DNA from: a virus
DNA: 64,000 bases
IMG/VR virus record: IMGVR_UViG_3300045988_180454
Coordinates: 1,037-65,036 of that record
Reading direction: 5' to 3' (one strand)
The position numbers and the translations under genes were made by a program. Below the pieces are notes generated by a model. The model had not been told where the DNA came from. It searched no databases and saw only the letters and a program-made list of their open reading frames with translations. Below, piece by piece: positions 62,683-64,000 of this stretch (position 1 is the first letter of the stretch; each line of letters opens with the position of its first letter).

Positions 62683-63390
62683 TCAGTGGTAGTCAAACAT
62701 GTGTTCGATACGGTCGATAAGCAGGGGGCTACCGGAATCGGTCAACCAAAAGTTTTTGGCACGGAAATATTGGTAAAAATCTACCCAGTTTTCCCACCAA
62801 AATAATTCGTCTAAAGGCACCCGGTGGGCGTCGTGGTGGATATCAAAGCCGGTTTTGGGGCGATAGCCAAATACGTGTTTTTGTGCCATACCACCGGCTA
62901 AAAAGCGATTTTGATTGTGGTTATGGCTGACCCACCAAGTGACGCGACCAAAATCCGGGTGGATAAATTGGCCCTCAAAACCATTCTCAAAACTGCCTTG
63001 TTTTTGGGCGAAAAACGAAGCGTTTTCCACGCTCACCAGGGCGTCGATAATGTACGCCGAATGAATGCATGACTCGAAATTTTGTTCGAGTTCGTTTTGA
63101 TTTTCCGGCTCATCAGCTAGATGCTGCTGTAAAATCGGTGCCATATGCTGGTCCCATAGGCGTCGCCAATCACGAACGGTTCGGTAAGAAGAATCGTTAA
63201 TAAATGTTTGAAGCAGCGAATAATAGGCTACGCGAATATCTAAAACCGCGTCATGGGGCGTCATGTTGATGCTGAAAAATTCGGGTAAGACCTGGTAGGC
63301 GTAGGTTTCGAGCTGGTTTTTGAGTGAATGGGGCGTTTTGGCAATCCAAAAATCAGCAGAAAAAATGTCAGGGTTTCGATAGGTTCCCAT
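62683..63390 (-). CDS. hypothetical protein (His/Trp-rich)
   Basis: 235-aa ORF with a GGAT-containing leader. No motif recognised. Confidence 0.55.
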   Translation of the reverse strand: MGTYRNPDIFSADFWIAKTPHSLKNQLETYAYQVLPEFFSINMTPHDAVLDIRVAYYSLLQTFINDSSYRTVRDWRRLWDQHMAPILQQHLADEPENQNELEQNFESCIHSAYIIDALVSVENASFFAQKQGSFENGFEGQFIHPDFGRVTWWVSHNHNQNRFLAGGMAQKHVFGYRPKTGFDIHHDAHRVPLDELFWWENWVDFYQYFRAKNFWLTDSGSPLLIDRIEHMFDYH

Positions 63391-63501
63391 AGGGATATCC
63401 TTTCAAATCGAGTGAGTGATAGAGAGTAAGGACCTATAAGTGTGCGTAAGTCTTATAAGCCCCTCCCCCTACCATCACAAGCAGTGATGATAGGTTTTAC
63501 C

Positions 63502-63867
63502 TTAGAAGTCACCAAGCTTTTGAGGCAAATTTGTACACGTACGCAAGTCGTGTTTTACCTGCTTAAGGCAGATTTTTTCAAAGCGGGGCATGGTTTCTTT
63601 GTTGGTGTATAGGAAGCGTGGTCCCCCACGATTGATAAGCCGGACCCACGTAAACCGGACGCCACGCGAAGTGTAATGCAAATCGACTTGCAAAATCTTA
63701 GCCATGCTTAAGGGAAGTTCAGCTAGCAGTCTTGCTTTTTTGCCGTTATCGACTGAAAAAGGGTGCCTGACCAGCTGAAATGTGAAGTGGGCTTCTGGGT
63801 CAAGCTTACGCAATTCGTTGCGTAAATGTTTGCATGCGTCGTCGATAGGCTGTTGTGTGATAGGCAT
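63502..63867 (-). CDS. hypothetical protein
   Basis: AAAGGAAAAA-N2-ATG. A CTGGTCAG motif copy (plus-strand 63881-63888) lies 13 nt upstream of the start. Confidence 0.55.
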   Translation of the reverse strand: MPITQQPIDDACKHLRNELRKLDPEAHFTFQLVRHPFSVDNGKKARLLAELPLSMAKILQVDLHYTSRGVRFTWVRLINRGGPRFLYTNKETMPRFEKICLKQVKHDLRTCTNLPQKLGDF

Positions 63868-64000
63868 GATTTTTCCTTTCTGACCAGGTGTTATAGCTGT
63901 TGCCTTACAGATATTCTGCTACTTTTTCGAGGTCCTTATGCCAATTTTCGCCAGACAATTCTTGCATTTTATAAGAATCTCCTTAGAGAAGTAGTGAGTG

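Noticed and set aside
63906-63967. 20-aa minus-strand ORF with an AAGGAG RBS at the window edge
   Set aside because: It is too short to support, and the window ends at 64000, so the upstream context is missing.
1-64000. Integrase, repressor or other prophage module; transposase or IS elements
   Set aside because: No ORF showed tyrosine or serine recombinase, CI/Cro-like or DDE transposase motifs on inspection. Absence cannot be proven without profile searches, and the genome continues beyond the window.

Overview
The window looks like most of a tailed, siphovirus-type dsDNA phage genome with actinobacteriophage-like gene content. No integrase or repressor is visible. It has two convergent transcription arms that meet at a bidirectional hairpin terminator at about 27683-27706. 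The plus arm (1204-27654) carries about 25 small early ORFs of unknown function and a minimal methyltransferase. It also has seven translationally coupled coiled-coil/transmembrane proteins, then a nucleotide/replication/recombination block: nrdE, nrdF, SNF2 helicase, Cas4-like nuclease, Sak4-like ATPase, SSB-like protein, nrdH, dnaE, RuvC-like resolvase and primase-helicase. The minus arm (64000 down to 27719) carries unknown ORFs and a TerS-like gene isolated between two roughly 1-kb non-coding repeat fields. Next come an nrdI-like gene, an antirepressor and a ThyX-MazG-like fusion. A complete late operon follows, from HNH and TerL through the head and tail genes to the endolysin and a holin-like protein. 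It includes tail chaperones with a CCCAAAA -1 slippery site and a 2192-aa tape measure. The most unusual content is about 3.4 kb of non-coding, repeat-saturated DNA at 1-1200, 59958-61083 and 61609-62682. It contains a TTGAGTT/AACTCAA heptamer field, a recurring GCAGGTCAG-type motif and CTAG-rich palindrome blocks. The coiled-coil/TM gene array at 9214-12062 is also unusual. All calls rest on reading the sequence and ORF translations for known motifs; no database search was possible, and start codons are often uncertain.
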